DNA of 64,000 nt. Origin: Octopus bimaculoides (Eukaryota). The position numbers and the translations under genes are program-made. Location of the stretch: the NCBI RefSeq assembly GCF_001194135.2, contig NC_068986.1, positions 26,354,519-26,418,518 of the forward strand, given 5' to 3'. Each line of letters starts with the position of its first letter. Position 1 is the first letter of the stretch. Shown here piece by piece: positions 42,124 to 56,354 of the stretch. Under the pieces are notes generated by a model that saw only the letters and a list, made by a program, of their open reading frames with translations, made no database searches and was not told where the DNA came from.

Positions 42124-44752
42124 GTAGGTATTTTTAGCTTTCTAAACTTAAAAAAAACACCCATGAATTTAGAATGTTTTACATTCAATGCTGTATAAAT
42201 ATATCAATATTGGTAGATATAATCCTTGTTGCAAGCAACTTGCATTTACAAATCATTTGTAGTCATTTAAGAAGATGCAAATTCTATTAGTCACTGTTTC
42301 TCAAGGTGTCTGAATTTTTGCTGTACTCCCGAGACCAGGTCACTGATACAATTCTATTGCAAATGTTGAAAATCTGTTACTGGTGAATATCAATAGATGG
42401 GGGGGGGGTACTCCCCTACCTCAAACTTTCTGATGTTCTAGTCTATTACATAGTTGTTTGACCTTTTGTTTGACATAAGCACAACCAGTTACGTTTAGGT
42501 TCGGCTTGTTTTCTCTATCTGCAGTTTATATTTATTTATACATTACTATTCCTTTTTTTCCTCTCATTTGGGGCTCTGGTTTTCAAACATATGGAGATGC
42601 TGTTTTGCTATGTATATCTACATAGTTATTTTTAAAATAACTTATAGTACTATTCCAGGTTCTTGTTAAGTTGGGGTGGGAGAATACTGAATATTGAAGG
42701 AGGTAGCTTCATGCCAGTTGAAAGATTAAAGGAATAATAGAGATGGGGGGGTCTTGTAAAAGAGAGACAAGGATATCCCAGATGGAGAAGGAGGTTTAGA
42801 ATGAAAAATTAAAATAACTGTAAGCTGGTGTTTGGAACATGAATTTAATATTTTGATGGAAGGTTTTAATTTAGATAGCTTACACAACTGTACCATAGGT
42901 GGAGAGTGTGGTACCAGAAGGATTAAATGTTTTTTTTTTTCTTTTATCCTTAATGAATTGCTTGTAGCCTAATTAGAATCCTGAGTTCAGGCTTTGGTTT
43001 CATGTTGCTAAATGTTTTAAATAAGAGAAAATAGATTGATCTTGATTCTTTTCTAGTTTTTTTTATCTTTGTTATTCCAAGTCATTATTCGCAGGCTTGA
43101 GTCACTGCACTGTACACAACCTAGCATGAATTTGAAGACCTTTTTTATTAAAAGAATTTCTAAAATTTATCAAACACAGTTAAAACTTATCTCCATTAAT
43201 TAAAAAATGCTTAGATATAATTTTAATTAGAATTTTGATAAGAAAAGCCTAGATGGAATGGTTAAAAACTTTCCAAGAGTTTTGTTTCCATTTTTTAAAA
43301 TTTAATATATTTTGAGGAATATGAAACAGTTGGCAGAATTCTGTTTGGGTGACTTTCTGGCTTTATTTTTCATTAGACATTTTGTCCATTTAAAAATATA
43401 TTTCCCTGAGTGAATTCACCAAACTTGTTTTTTAAAGTACTAGTGAAGATTCTGATCCCTTTTCCAGTCTTTAAAGTCTGTTTCAATGAGATGGGTGTTT
43501 TCTGTGAAGTATTTTCAGAATCTCAATTTTCATCTTTGGTTTCTTATATTTTTGATAGTTAAATATTTTACATTTGGTTGGAATTATAAGATTGAAGCAA
43601 AAGGCATTTGCTGAAATAAAAAATTTATTTTAGCAAATATTTATTAAGATATAAATCCTATTAAAATACTCTCTAGCACTTATAATTTTTCAAAATAAAA
43701 GTTTATCAAATTAGAAACATTTGAAACTAGTGTTGCTTTTGTTAATTATCTTGTCTTTTACAAGTCTAATTTTTGCATCTGTTCTTAATACTTGTTTTCC
43801 CAATAAATTTGTGCATTTAATTTTTACATATTTGATGTTTTAGTATTTTGTTTTTTAAATATAACCTAGCTTCAAGTCAAGGTAAGTGGCATTTAGATTT
43901 AAGTGTTAAAACAAAGGAAAAAATTTCAGATGAGTTAAAATTCTGCTTTAACTGTTCTTTCAAGCTGATCTTCTGACAGGTTTCCTAATGGTACCAATCC
44001 CTAATTTCTCTTTTTACTAAGATGAGTGCAACGTTTTCAGTCCAACTCTAAGCGTTTTGTCTTTTTCTAAATTAAAGCAAACTTGATAAAGGTTTTGGAC
44101 TGTTTTCTTTTGAAGTTGTCTCTGTGTTTATTGGTAATACATATGGATTTGGCTTTTGCTGGGAAGTACAGTGCATGTAATTATTTTTGGTGTAGGATCA
44201 TTTTGAAAACATTTTTTACATTGTTTTAAAATTTTATTACAACTGTTTTAGACTGGTTTTTATTCCATGGAAACTTTTAAGTGTCAATATTTTTATGCAT
44301 TCTTAAATATTTAGATATGACTACTTTCATTATATAATGAAATAGCTTTTACAAAATTTTACTTTGCAGTTCTTAAAACAGTTAACTAGTTTAAACTGCA
44401 GATTAAATCTATATTTGTAACACATTTGCTTAAATCAAAGCTAGTGTTTGTAGATTTTTTTTTCTTTCTAATTTTCTGAAACCTTAGGTGAAAATACAAT
44501 TAAAATATATCCAACTAGACCAGCATTATGAATGTCTGAATTTTGCAAAGCTTAAATCATCTACAAATAATCTATTCTGGAGATCATAAATGTTGTAGAA
44601 ATATTGTGGGACTTAACTAATCAAGCAATTTATAAAATTAATTACAACTAGTATGTGCATGCATTTTTATTGGCAGAATAACCCTCCTAAAATACAGTAA
44701 TAAAGATATAAAAATTTATTTGCATGTCCATAACTCAATGTCACAATACATC

Positions 44753-44951
44753 TTAACCCTTTAGTCTTCAGATTGTCAACTTGAATGCTTTTACACATTC
44801 TTTTGTATTAATCATACATTATTTCATAGCTTCATGATTTTGATGTTTTATTTTTAGAACTACGTTGTAGAGTAGGTATGACATATCAGAAGTGGCTGGT
44901 TTTGAACATTAAACAGAATATTCAGGCTAGTTTAAATGCTTAAAGGGTTAT
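44753..44951. mobile_element. piggyBac-type MITE
   Basis: TTAA-CCCTTTAG...CTTAAAGGG-TTAT ends. Confidence 0.5.
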
Positions 44952-47889
44952 TATGGTTTAATGGGTAATTTATTTTTTTAAATTTCCGGTATTAGTGTAT
45001 AACAATGTGCTCTCTTAGCTAAGAGGCATTTTAACTCAGTGGATGGTTTCTAGTGAATTTTTGCCTGCTCAAGAAGTTGTTACAAATCTTATTGGTTTTG
45101 CAACTCATAAAATTTGTTATCTCTGTAGTATTTGGGAATGTATTATAGATTAACAATGTGATGGATTGTTCATCTTTCAGATAGCAGATTGATATCTTGT
45201 TGGATTTAATTATTGAATGTCTAGGATTAATTATGTAAAGTATACAATGTTTTTGACTCGAAATTTTGCAAATCGCAAACCATTTTTATATTAACTCTGG
45301 AAGGGAATTTGCAATAGAAAATTTGCTAATTGTTATAATTCTTATTTTCTCTCTTCCCAACAGCAATATAGATTTTAAAGCTCTATAGCAGTCTGTTCTG
45401 TCAGCAAGTAGCAATTTTAACCCTATACTGATAAGTGTTTCAAAGTCAGTTCATTAGTTTCTAACTTAAAGTAGATTAATGCTGCAAAGCACGTTTCGAA
45501 TAAAGATTGTGTTTACCTATTAATAATAGGTTGTTGCTATTGAAACTTTTACTGTATGTTACAATTAATGGCATTCAAAGTTAAGCCTGTATTGTTTGAT
45601 CTCTGAGAGAAGTAATAAAATGTAAACGGTTTTGGTATTTAAATTGTAGTACAGGATACCCATTTTACAGAATAATTTTGAAATTACAAAGTAACATTGT
45701 CGCAAGAACAGCTTTAAGTTGACAAAATTCTATTAGTCTTATTTTTTTAAATGTATAATTTGAAGAAAATTTAATTTTCACACTTATACTCAAACTTTCA
45801 AACTTAATTTTTTTTTCTTGTGACATTTCAAAAATGTTTTCTATTTAAAAATATTTGAACTATAATTTAACTCTTTTAAAACATTGAACTAATACTTTTT
45901 CATATTGTTAGAAACCTTTAATTGACAATGTGCAAAATTTGCCAAATTTTGTCTTGTTCAAGGAATCTTTTGACTCCAGATTTGACATTGATATATTTTA
46001 ATCTATTTTTATGTTAGCATTTTTAGTTTTGCATATTGTTAAAAGCAATTGTTTTTGTAGTCTATTCTTACTGCTAAGTGTGTAAAGAAGATTGTTACAA
46101 ATTAAGTGCTTAGTCTGAGGAGGCATTAGCCAAAAGCTTCAATACATGGCCATGTAGTTGACACTTTAGCACTAAAACCTATTGTAATGGAATTTGCAGG
46201 CTCTGAAAATTGACACTAATAATTTTGTAGAATATTTAATTTATCAAGGATAAATTATTCCTTAATATCTAGAATATTTTTCATATATCGACTTGGTATC
46301 AGTTTTTAAATATTTGTTGATAGCAGTTATAAAATTTTGAAGAAAGCAGCAGCATATTTAAATAGATATTGTGTATATATTTTCATTTACTATGATAAAC
46401 ATTTAATTAGAAAAACGATAGTTACATTATTGGCTATTATTTTGATTTAGTTGAAAGGAATTTGAATTTATTTTTTTCCAATCATTAAACCTGTTCTATA
46501 TTCTGTTCTTTAACACTTTAAAAATTGAACTTTTCATTTGAGCCTTTTTTTTTTTATATGTAATGTTTTAGATTTGCATACTTCATTTGTAGCTTTTAAA
46601 ATACTTTTACAAGCAACAACAATGAAAACAATTTCAATCACATCTATGACTCAATATCTCTTATACTTAATACTTTAATATATTAGGCTAATTTTCTTAA
46701 TGTAGTTCAAACAACAACTTCAACTCAGTGTTACCATAAATCTGATAAAAACATGACAAACTTATAATAGGGGAAAACAAAGCCTCATGTATGGTGTTCA
46801 TATTTATTTAACTGGAAATTGTACCAATATAAATTCCATTTTATTTGTACTTTTTCTAGTTTAAAGGCTTTTAAAGTCCAGTAGGTCTTCTAGAATTATT
46901 TTAGAATTCACTACTTTGGTATTTATGGAAATTGAATTTTTATATGCCATATGAAAAGGATCTCATCATTTTCAAAAATTTATGGGGGGAAATTACAAAG
47001 CCTAAGTAATATAATTGTGTATTCAATGTTATGTGCATGTTTCAGGAGGTGGGACACATTTAAAAAGGACCTATACTTTTTTTTATAAATATACTGGTAG
47101 AATTGATAGAGCAACCAAGTTTGATATAATTCACAAGTAGTTAGGCTTTGGTATCTTGGCTACTGATCAGATTAGACAATAACTGGTTAGAGTACAAACT
47201 TTGTACTCTCTCACCATATAAAAAGTAGATTGTCATGTTTATAGAATGGTGAAACTTGTGCAGTGAAGACAGCATCTGCAGTGGCGGTATACAGGCTGTG
47301 AATAATGTGCTGGCTATCAGCTGTGCTTAGTGTAGCAGATGACTGTTAATATAAACTAGTTTATAAGACTAGTGGATGACTAGTAAAATGCTAGAGGTAG
47401 CCAAAAAAGTAGACTAAGGATAACATGGGGTGAGGTAATTAGAGCAGCCTTTAGCAAGTCAAGCGTTGTTAAGTATGAGAATAACTGATGCTAAGGCTGT
47501 TACTCAAACCCATTCAATCCTTTCCTACTAGCAGTGTTGGCAAGGGATTTTATTTTTCTTCACTAATATAAAATTTCTTGCGTTTATTTTGCAATGATAG
47601 ATAACCATTTTATATCGTTTATGTAATCTTCTTACTATCCTTACCCTGAAAATTTTATGCATATTATTTTAAGACCTATATTTTTGAAAAATGTACCTTG
47701 TCTTTGTAAACTGAAACTTGTAGAAGTAATTTTTTTTTAAAGTTTCTATTTTCCTCATTTTTCCCTCTTTAATTGTAAATCTTCAGGTTTTTATGAATTG
47801 GGGAATTTCTTAGGGCTAACACGTGTTTATGTATGTGTGTTTATATACATATGCACATTGCATAGGTATACATATACACATGCATCCAT

Positions 47890-48003
<114 letters not shown>

Positions 48004-49400
48004 ATACACACAGATTTAATTATCTGTTGGCATGTTTTTAAATACATTTTGGCGAGTATCCTATAACAGCATCTTTCTGTTTTGGGCTATCAAATCTTTT
48101 CAGAGACTGTTAAGGTATTGGTCCTGCTGCATCAACCAGCTCGTGTTTCAAACAAAATTGCCATATCCTAATGTTACTATGGTTACTACTTACACTATAA
48201 ATGTTAATTCTAAAGTGGGAGGATATAAGTACATTCACTGGCTTCATTTTATCATCTAATTCTTAATATCTGATAGCATACAATTTATAAGTGTTACATT
48301 TTCTTTATAATACTTTGATTTTTTTTTCATTTTATATTTACTGAGCTTGAACATAAGTAATTTATTACCAGTGTCTTGCCTAATTAAATTTTGTTAATGA
48401 TCAGATGCAAGCTAAAAAATACCAACACCTTTTTTTTTTTTTTTTTTTTAAATAAACTAGAAATATGTGTGCACGTACACACCTCTCTCTTTCTCTCTGT
48501 AGATAAGCATTATATGGCTAAGCATTCAATCAAATTTTTTTCTATTAAAATATATTTCACTTATATATTATATTTTGAACTGGTCTGAACTTTACTATTC
48601 CAGTGTCTGTGCTGATCATGAATATAGAATAGTCATTTGATAAGATTTTTTCCTGTCAGGGGTAATCTTAATGTTTATATATGTACACTTCATTGCAATT
48701 AGTCAATCTCTGATCAACATCAGATGTCTTGCTTGTGTACATTAGTAAATTAGATTTGGACTAGTAACTTTTATTTGTAAATTCATTCAGAAATAAAGTG
48801 ATTGAGTTAATATCCAAAGATATAGTATGCCTTTTTAGTAGGTGTAAATATAGTGGTAGTCTGTCCAATTCTATTTGGGGTCAAATGTTTGTAAAATGCA
48901 TTGGATTTTCTAGGCATTTGAAGATAGCTGTTTATAAAGAGTATTTATAAATATTTTGTTTTGGATTTGCACAAAACCTTGCAAAGTAGACCAATTGCTA
49001 GTATGTCTTCCCTGATCACCTGCAGTAAGAAACCTGTTCTGCTTTTCCTGTACTTTATCTCCACATCTAGCATAAAGCTGCTTCTCAGGGTATAGGTGCA
49101 TGGTGTGTTCTCACTAGTGTTGGGGGTGTGGAAAAAAATCATGCCTAGTACACACTGAAGTGGTTAGGATTGGGGAGGGCATCTGGCTGCAAAATGTACG
49201 CCAGACAGAGCATGATACAGTCCTTGGGCGCCGTGGCAAATTGTCCAATCTATGTCCGTATGAAATTTGAACATTAATTGATGATAAACATTAAGCATAT
49301 TGTCTTTGATTTGAATTCAAATCAGTAGTTTTTAAGTTACAATTTTTATTTCATATAAATTTTGCCTGTGTAGAAATTGCTAAGTTGTTTTATATTTCAG

Positions 49401-49545
49401 TGTGGTTTTATGCTTTGGTGTATGGCTCCTATTCCTCATAATGGATCTGATATGATCTACAACAAAGTTATAAAAGTGTTTTTCCTCAAACACGAATCTA
49501 CTCTTGATGATGCTATCTCCTCCCTTAACCAAACAGCTGATGAAG
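49401..49545 (+). CDS. REEP5: REEP5 coding exon 4 (145 nt)
   Basis: tttcag| CGFMLWCMAPIPHNGSDMIYNKVIKVFFLKHESTLDDAISSLNQTADE(V) |gtaatt; LWCMAP..NG...Y...I..FFLKHE. Confidence 0.95.
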
Positions 49546-50467
49546 GTAATTTGATTTCCTTTTTTTTTTTTTTTTTTTAAGATTTAAAGTGAGGAACTTT
49601 GTGGTTAGTAGTAAATTAAAGCCTTCAGTTGCCTATCTTGATAAAAGCCTGTTGAGGTAGAAAGAAATAACAAAACTGAAGAGAGCAATAACCTGTTGAC
49701 ATGAACTCTTAAATTTGAAAAAGGTTGTTGAGTGAAAAGGAAACACCAGTTTCGATATGGCAGTAGTACTCTAATTTGGAAGAGTTGAACCTTGATGTAA
49801 GTTTAATTATTGCACAAGGCTGAAAGCATCCACTTATGACTAAAATTCCAGTCTTCTTGATGTATCTTCACTTCTGAAAAGGTTGGATTTCCTGATACTT
49901 AAGGTTAATATTAAGTTAAGGCAGGTCAACCTGTATTAACCTTAAAGCAGTAAAAAAAAAAATTGACATATAACCGATAGCTTTAGTGTACTACCACCTC
50001 TTATTTTAAATTAAATTCACTTTTGTAGTTTATTTTATATTTGAGTATTTTTCATTTGCTTGATATGGAGCTAAGTAAGGATTTGTGAAAACTTAACAGA
50101 ACACTAGTCAACCTTTCTTAGCTTTTAATCCTTTGGCATTCATATTACTATTAAATGCAATGCTTATTTCACATTGTTATCAATGAATCCTACATTCTCA
50201 TAACTTGGATTTTGATGGTGTGATTGTTTTCAGAATGGCATTGTATGGTCGGTGCAAGAGGCTGGATCAGGCCAGATATGGTCAGTTTAAATGCTGGAGG
50301 GTTTATGCGACTCGGCAAACAATTATGTTCAGGAATTTGAATCCACAATTTGGTTACAATTGGCATTTAACAGACTGACTGAAATTTCAAATGAAATCAT
50401 CTGAATAGTGTTGATATAACATGAGCTTGTAATGATTTTGATACTATATACCTTTTTATACTTGCAG

Positions 50468-50550
50468 TGAAGAAAAATTTATCTAAAGCTGCTACAGATG
50501 CTGCTGCTGACTATGCCGCTGATGCATTGAAAGGAGAAAAAGCTGAGTAA
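50468..50550 (+). CDS. REEP5: REEP5 coding exon 5 (to stop); total CDS 603 nt, 200 aa
   Basis: ttgcag| (V)KKNLSKAATDAAADYAADALKGEKAE*; phase-compatible with exon 4. Confidence 0.85.
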
Positions 50551-52015
50551 GAAAAACAAAGTGAAAGAAATGTAAAAATAAATACCAACAGAAGTGAAGA
50601 TTTCATTGGAGTGTCTACTTTTCTGCCACAAATCCAGCCTTCCAGCTATTAAAACTATTTAACCCAAACAATCATTTCAGCCATCTCTTTTCTAATGCTT
50701 CAATTTTTTTTTTTTTTTTCTTAAACCTGTACTGCAAGGCCCTTTTAATTTTTTTTTATCTGGCATTCCAATTTTTGTTTCTGGTCCTTGCCATTTAGAC
50801 TCTTATGAAGTTGTTTGTATATCAATGTACTAGTTTTACTTTTGTATTTTTCTATTTGAAGAATATGTTGTAATATTTTGTTTTTGATTAAAAATATACT
50901 CTCCTCTTTTAATACCACCATGTCATATTTAGCTAAGATGGCACCAATTCAAGTGTTAAACATCAAGAAATTTGATTCAGCTCAGTGTTTGATTCTGAAA
51001 TGGATCTTGGAACACTTCAAACATTTGCTGGTGCTTAACTGCATTTTTGCTACATTGGGTGCAATGATTTGTCTCCATAGTTATTGAGAAGAAAAAAAAA
51101 AAAAGCAAAACTTTAATTAATATCTGGAAATTTCTTTTCCCAATAAATATAGATTTTTACTAAGTTTATAATATAACTAAAAACAGTTTTCAATATTGTT
51201 TTATGAAAGTATTTTTAGTTTGAATACTTTCCTGGTAATTATCAAAGCACCATTTAATCTTTCTCTCATCTACATATCTTTTGGCTGGAACAATAATTTG
51301 CCATTATTATATGGATGTTTTTTTTTTAAAATTTTTTTTATCCCTTCCCAAACATAACTTCCAAATATTTCATAGCTAAATTCTAATTACTGACATCTAC
51401 TTTCTGGAGTGTTATTGATGTTTTAAAGAACTATCCCCCCACTTCCACTCTACATGAATGCAACTATTTTGTTTTTGTATGTCAGAAGCGAAGCAGAGAA
51501 TTTCTTTGCTTCCATCACAAAATAGCAATTAACTTCTTGGCTTCTTTTAAGTGACCATTTCACTGCTTGGTGCCTGCTGTGATTACCATATTCTTTGGCT
51601 GTGCATGTAGTACTGTGAAAGGTTATGTGTTTTTGTTTAGAACATTGTATGCATTCCAATAATGGATCTACAAGAAAATCACGCTGCGTGTAAGTCATGT
51701 GGAATATTTTTCTACACTTCCCCTTTTGGTGATAATATGTAAATAAAACTCAGTTTTCTCTTTAATTGTCCTTTGTATGTTTTTTTTCCTCCCCCACTTC
51801 TCACAAGCTTCATCTGAATTAACTATTTTGCCATCATTTTTTTTTTTTTGTAAACATCATTCTACTCATATTTTCTCTATGAAACTATTCAAATTCAAGA
51901 TTCCTAACGAAATTAAATTTGGTTGCTTTTTCTTACTCATTGTTTCGAAAAAGAAAAACGTTATTTAAAAAGTTATTGTAACTATGGTAACTTAAATAAA
52001 AGTGAATAATAATTC
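50551..52015 (+). other. REEP5: Probable REEP5 3' UTR with several AATAAA signals
   Basis: Repeat-free AU-rich stretch; AATAAA at 50577, 51142, 51742, 51995, the last followed by a T-rich tract. Confidence 0.5.
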
Positions 52016-54184
52016 TTCAAAAGCTGGAATTTTTTTTTCTTTCCTGAATGTTTTAATTTTCACACTTACTTTGCATGGCTGTGTGCTTAAATTTGCTTTT
52101 CAACCATGTTTCAAATTTGATCTGTGTGTGGCACCTTGGGCAAGTGTCTTCTACTATACAGCCCTGGGCCAATAAGTCTCATGAGTCGAATTGACAGATG
52201 GAAACTGTGAAAGCCCGTTGTGTGTAACTGCAGATGCTGACATTCCATCACTTGTTACTAAAATGGTAATGTGCTGATATTACAAACAGCTGATGTGTAC
52301 CTGTTCAAAAACCAGTGGAATAAGATTACTGACTTGAAAAACTAGGATTGGTGATAGGAAAGGCATGCTGCATCAAATTTCTATCCAAGTCGAAGTAGCA
52401 TGGATAAAAATTTTAATATCTTTGGAACTAGTGTAAATAATTTACTGTAACGAGGAACTTCTATTTCTACATGATTGGTGCACCACTCTACTTTATGGAT
52501 ATTGGCAAACAATATATCTGTTCAGCTCGTGGCAGCATACCAACAAAACTAATCTATTTGTCGTAATCCTACCTTCTGATCTAAAGATGTTTGACTCTTA
52601 TCAAGTTAAAACAAATCTGCATAAATAGGATATCTTGACTGCATTATATAGTTTTGTTTTGAATCGATGATTGTACTAATTTTTAGGATAACTTAAGACT
52701 TGGACTTGGCACTTTCAACCTAAGAAGTCACCTGTATTCTTTGCTCAAGTAGCACAAAGCTACAATCCTATAGAATTCCATCATCCCAGTTGTGTGTGGG
52801 GGGGGGGGGGGGGGGGTGCAATGTACCTGGTAACCCTGTCATGAAATTTTTACAGCCAGTTTCAATTTAGATCACAAAATTTGTAGTGTAAAACCAGGGG
52901 TGTTCTTAGGTTGGTATCCAAAGAGTTAAGATTGCAATAGGCTGACTGGTTCTGCAAACTTGGATATTTTGACATTATAAATGTTTTAGTGCTGGCTGGC
53001 AAATGAACTTCAGAGTTGTGCTGTTCTCTCAAAACCAATATCTACTTCAAGGACAAGTAGAAAAGCTACAGTTTTGTAGACATTTTTTAAGATTACTGTC
53101 CTTTGCAAAATTTCTCTAGAGTAAAATCTGCTAAAGAGCAAGATGAATGAACAAAACTTAATTTTACATGCATTTGATAGGGGAGATAGACTGAGTATTA
53201 AGGGCTCATGGGCATAATTATTTACTGGGTCCCTTTGAATGTGTGTTCTAGTAGAGTTAACATTTAAAGTGCAGGCCCCTCAGGCGCTGCCCATTTGACC
53301 AACAGCTCAGTCTGCCCCAGCCTTAACCCATTTTACTTGGTATATAACTGGCCGAGATAGACATGGGCACAGAACAAAAAGCTCTGATTATAGGAGAAAC
53401 ATGAAAAATGGAAATCACATGCTGCTAAATATGGGATTTTCCATTATAAATGAGGAAAATCAGAAGCAGTATGAGCAATGCAAGTATGGTTACTTGACCT
53501 AAACATAATAGTTAAATCTTCTTATCCTATTTGTTTAGATAAAGACACCTGATATAACATCCTTGATACATTGAGGTGGTTGGTTATAATTGAAATGCTT
53601 TTGATTATATGTCTACACAATCATGACTAAACAAAAATATCAAGAGCTGTACAAACTATACTTCATGGTAAATGAAAAATTGTCCATTACAGTGCTGGAA
53701 GATAAGATAAACCAGAAATTTTCAAACTACACTAAAATTTGTTACTAAAGAAGCAATTGTTTTGTTAGCAATAACTTTTTTTTTCTTTTTTAATAAGTTA
53801 AGATGAGCTGGGCCTGTGTCTGTGGTTTTTATAGATCATCATCATTGTTTAATGTCCACTTTCCATGCTGGCATGGGTGGGACAGTTTGACAGGAGCTGG
53901 CAAGGCAGGATTTTTACAGCCGGATGCCCTTCTTAACACCAAGTGTTTTTTACATGGCACAAGCACAGGTGAGGTCGTGGTTGATAAATTAGCTTGAACA
54001 TTTCTTAGAAAAATTAAAGAATTTCAAGAGTTATCAAAGGAAACAGCAGAAGCAAAAGTATGTAGTTGATTTATCAGAACAAACATTATAGTGGCAACCA
54101 AATATTCTGCTTTTGTTCTCTTTATTACATTCATTGTACCTTTTCTTTTTTTTCTTGAGCCCCTGGACTGATAATGCCTTAACC

Positions 54185-54326
54185 CAGGGGCAAACTGAGA
54201 GTATTAAGGACTCACGGGCATAATTATTTACTGGGCCCCTTTGAATGTGTGTTTTAGTAGAGTTAACATTTAGAATGCAGGCCCCTCAGGCAGTGCCCAT
54301 TTGACCAACAGCTCAGTCTGCCCCAG
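54185..54326. mobile_element. hAT-type MITE (142 bp); partial duplicate at 53180-53320
   Basis: CAGGGGCAAACTGAG...CTCAGTCTGCCCCAG TIRs; 8-bp CCTTAACC / CCGTAACC flanks. Confidence 0.65.
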
Positions 54327-55441
54327 CCGTAACCCATTTTACTTGGTATATAAATGGCTGAGATTACAACCCTGAGCTGAACACTATTAAGTTGCAGATT
54401 CAAGGCCAGTAATTTTTGAGGAGAGAGGACAAGTTGATTATATTGATGCCAGGACTTGACTGGTATTTTATTTTAATTGACCCCAAAGGGATGAAAAGCA
54501 AAGTTGACCTTGGCAGGATTTAAACTCAGAATATAAAGATCTGGAAGAAATACTGCTAAGAATTTTCTTTGATGTTCTAAATCTCCTTCTGCCTGCTTGC
54601 TGCTGCCCAACCATGTACATTTTTCTAGAATTACACTTTGTTGAAAAGTTGGCTGATAAAAAAAATTTCTTCCTGTTCTAACAAAATATTCCTTTGAGTA
54701 TTCTTGTTCTAACAAAAAATTATTCCTTTGAGTATTAGAGTCAAACCTCAGTAATCTGAACATCAATTATCTGAAATTTAGATTATCTGAACATGTCAAG
54801 ATGGAGTTTATCAAGGTAGATTTTCTACAGCTGGATGCTCTTCTTGCTGCCAATACTCACCTGTTTCAAAGGAAGGCAATAATTCCCTATGGCCAGACAT
54901 GTTTTTACAGAATATTGAAAATGAATGACACTACTTGTATGGCAGTAAAACTCATTTACAACTGTCATCATGTGATGTCAGGACAAGAAAACACATTCAT
55001 ACATACATTATCACATGTCTCTATATAGAAGGTGGCCCAAATGTAGGTTTATAGTTATCACATAGGCACTTTAAATTTCTTTTAAAACATTTTATCACAT
55101 TTAAATTTCCATCTTACAATTAACTAAATTCGCATAAAATAATGGTTTCATATTTTTTCATAATCAAGATCTAAACTTAATATATGAATGCGAAAGAGAT
55201 AGTTGAATAACTGTAAACCTACTTTTGGGCCTGTATACACAAGATCCTGTGAATATTGTGTGTAAGCCAAATTAGCATAGTACCAGTCCAACCATTTCAG
55301 CTTTTGATTACAATGATTAAAAAAGAATATGCTTTACTGAAGAACACATGAAAACATTACGACAATGGTGCTATAATTACATCTGTTGTTTACAGTTATC
55401 AAAATATCACATGTTGATTGGTTTGATTTTAGTTGATCACA

Positions 55442-55660
55442 TTAACCCTTTTTGTTACCAAATTCCTGTTCTACTACACTACCTGTGTTTTAATTAACCT
55501 TATTAATAAAGAAGTTATTTAGCAAAATAAATTATTAAACTGGAGTTTGAAAAATGAATTAACATGAAATGGTTATGGAATTTTAGACCACTTTACAATA
55601 GGGAGTTTGTGTCAGAGATCTAGGGATTATCTTAGGCAGTTTGGTATCAAAAGGGTTTAA
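55442..55660. mobile_element. piggyBac-type MITE
   Basis: TTAA-CCCTTTTTGTTACC...GGTATCAAAAGGG-TTTAA. Confidence 0.65.
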
Positions 55661-56354
55661 GCTGTTGAATTAATTTAACAAATAATTCTAAAGGATTTAA
55701 AAGCGTAGCAAAATCAGCGATGACTTCATTTACTCTACAAATGCTCCAAGTATGTAACAAGTAATTGCATTTGTTGTTGTTACTATATCCATGAAAATAA
55801 ACACCACTGACAATCAAATAGAAAAGTGAGATTTTGCAGTGTTTGGCTCATGATGCAATAGTTTGAAAGATTGCAGAAGAATGAATTTTAGTAACTGAAT
55901 GACAAAAACTGTGCCAACATTTTTTTTTTATTAAGTAACTATGTTCAGTATGGTTTCTTTTGTTTTATAATCAGATCAGTTACTCAAACAAAACACTCTC
56001 AGTTCATTTTGGTCAGATAATCAAGAACTATATATATTTGAGGAAAGTACTTCCAAAATTTGGCTTCAAATTTTGGCATAAGGCTAGTAATTTTAGTGGA
56101 AAGAGTAAGTCCAATTACATTGACACCAGTACTTATTCTAAAAGGATGAGAAGTATAGTCAACTTCAGCAGAATTTGAACTCAGAATACAAAGAGCTGGA
56201 CGAAATGTTGCTAAGTATTTTGTTTGATGTGCTGATGATTCTGCCAGCTTGCCACCTTTTAGTACTCTTAAAAATTGGCATAATATTATAAGTTGATGAT
56301 AACTGGATAAAATAATGGAAAACTGTTCAATCAGCTTTGATATTTTCAATTTAA

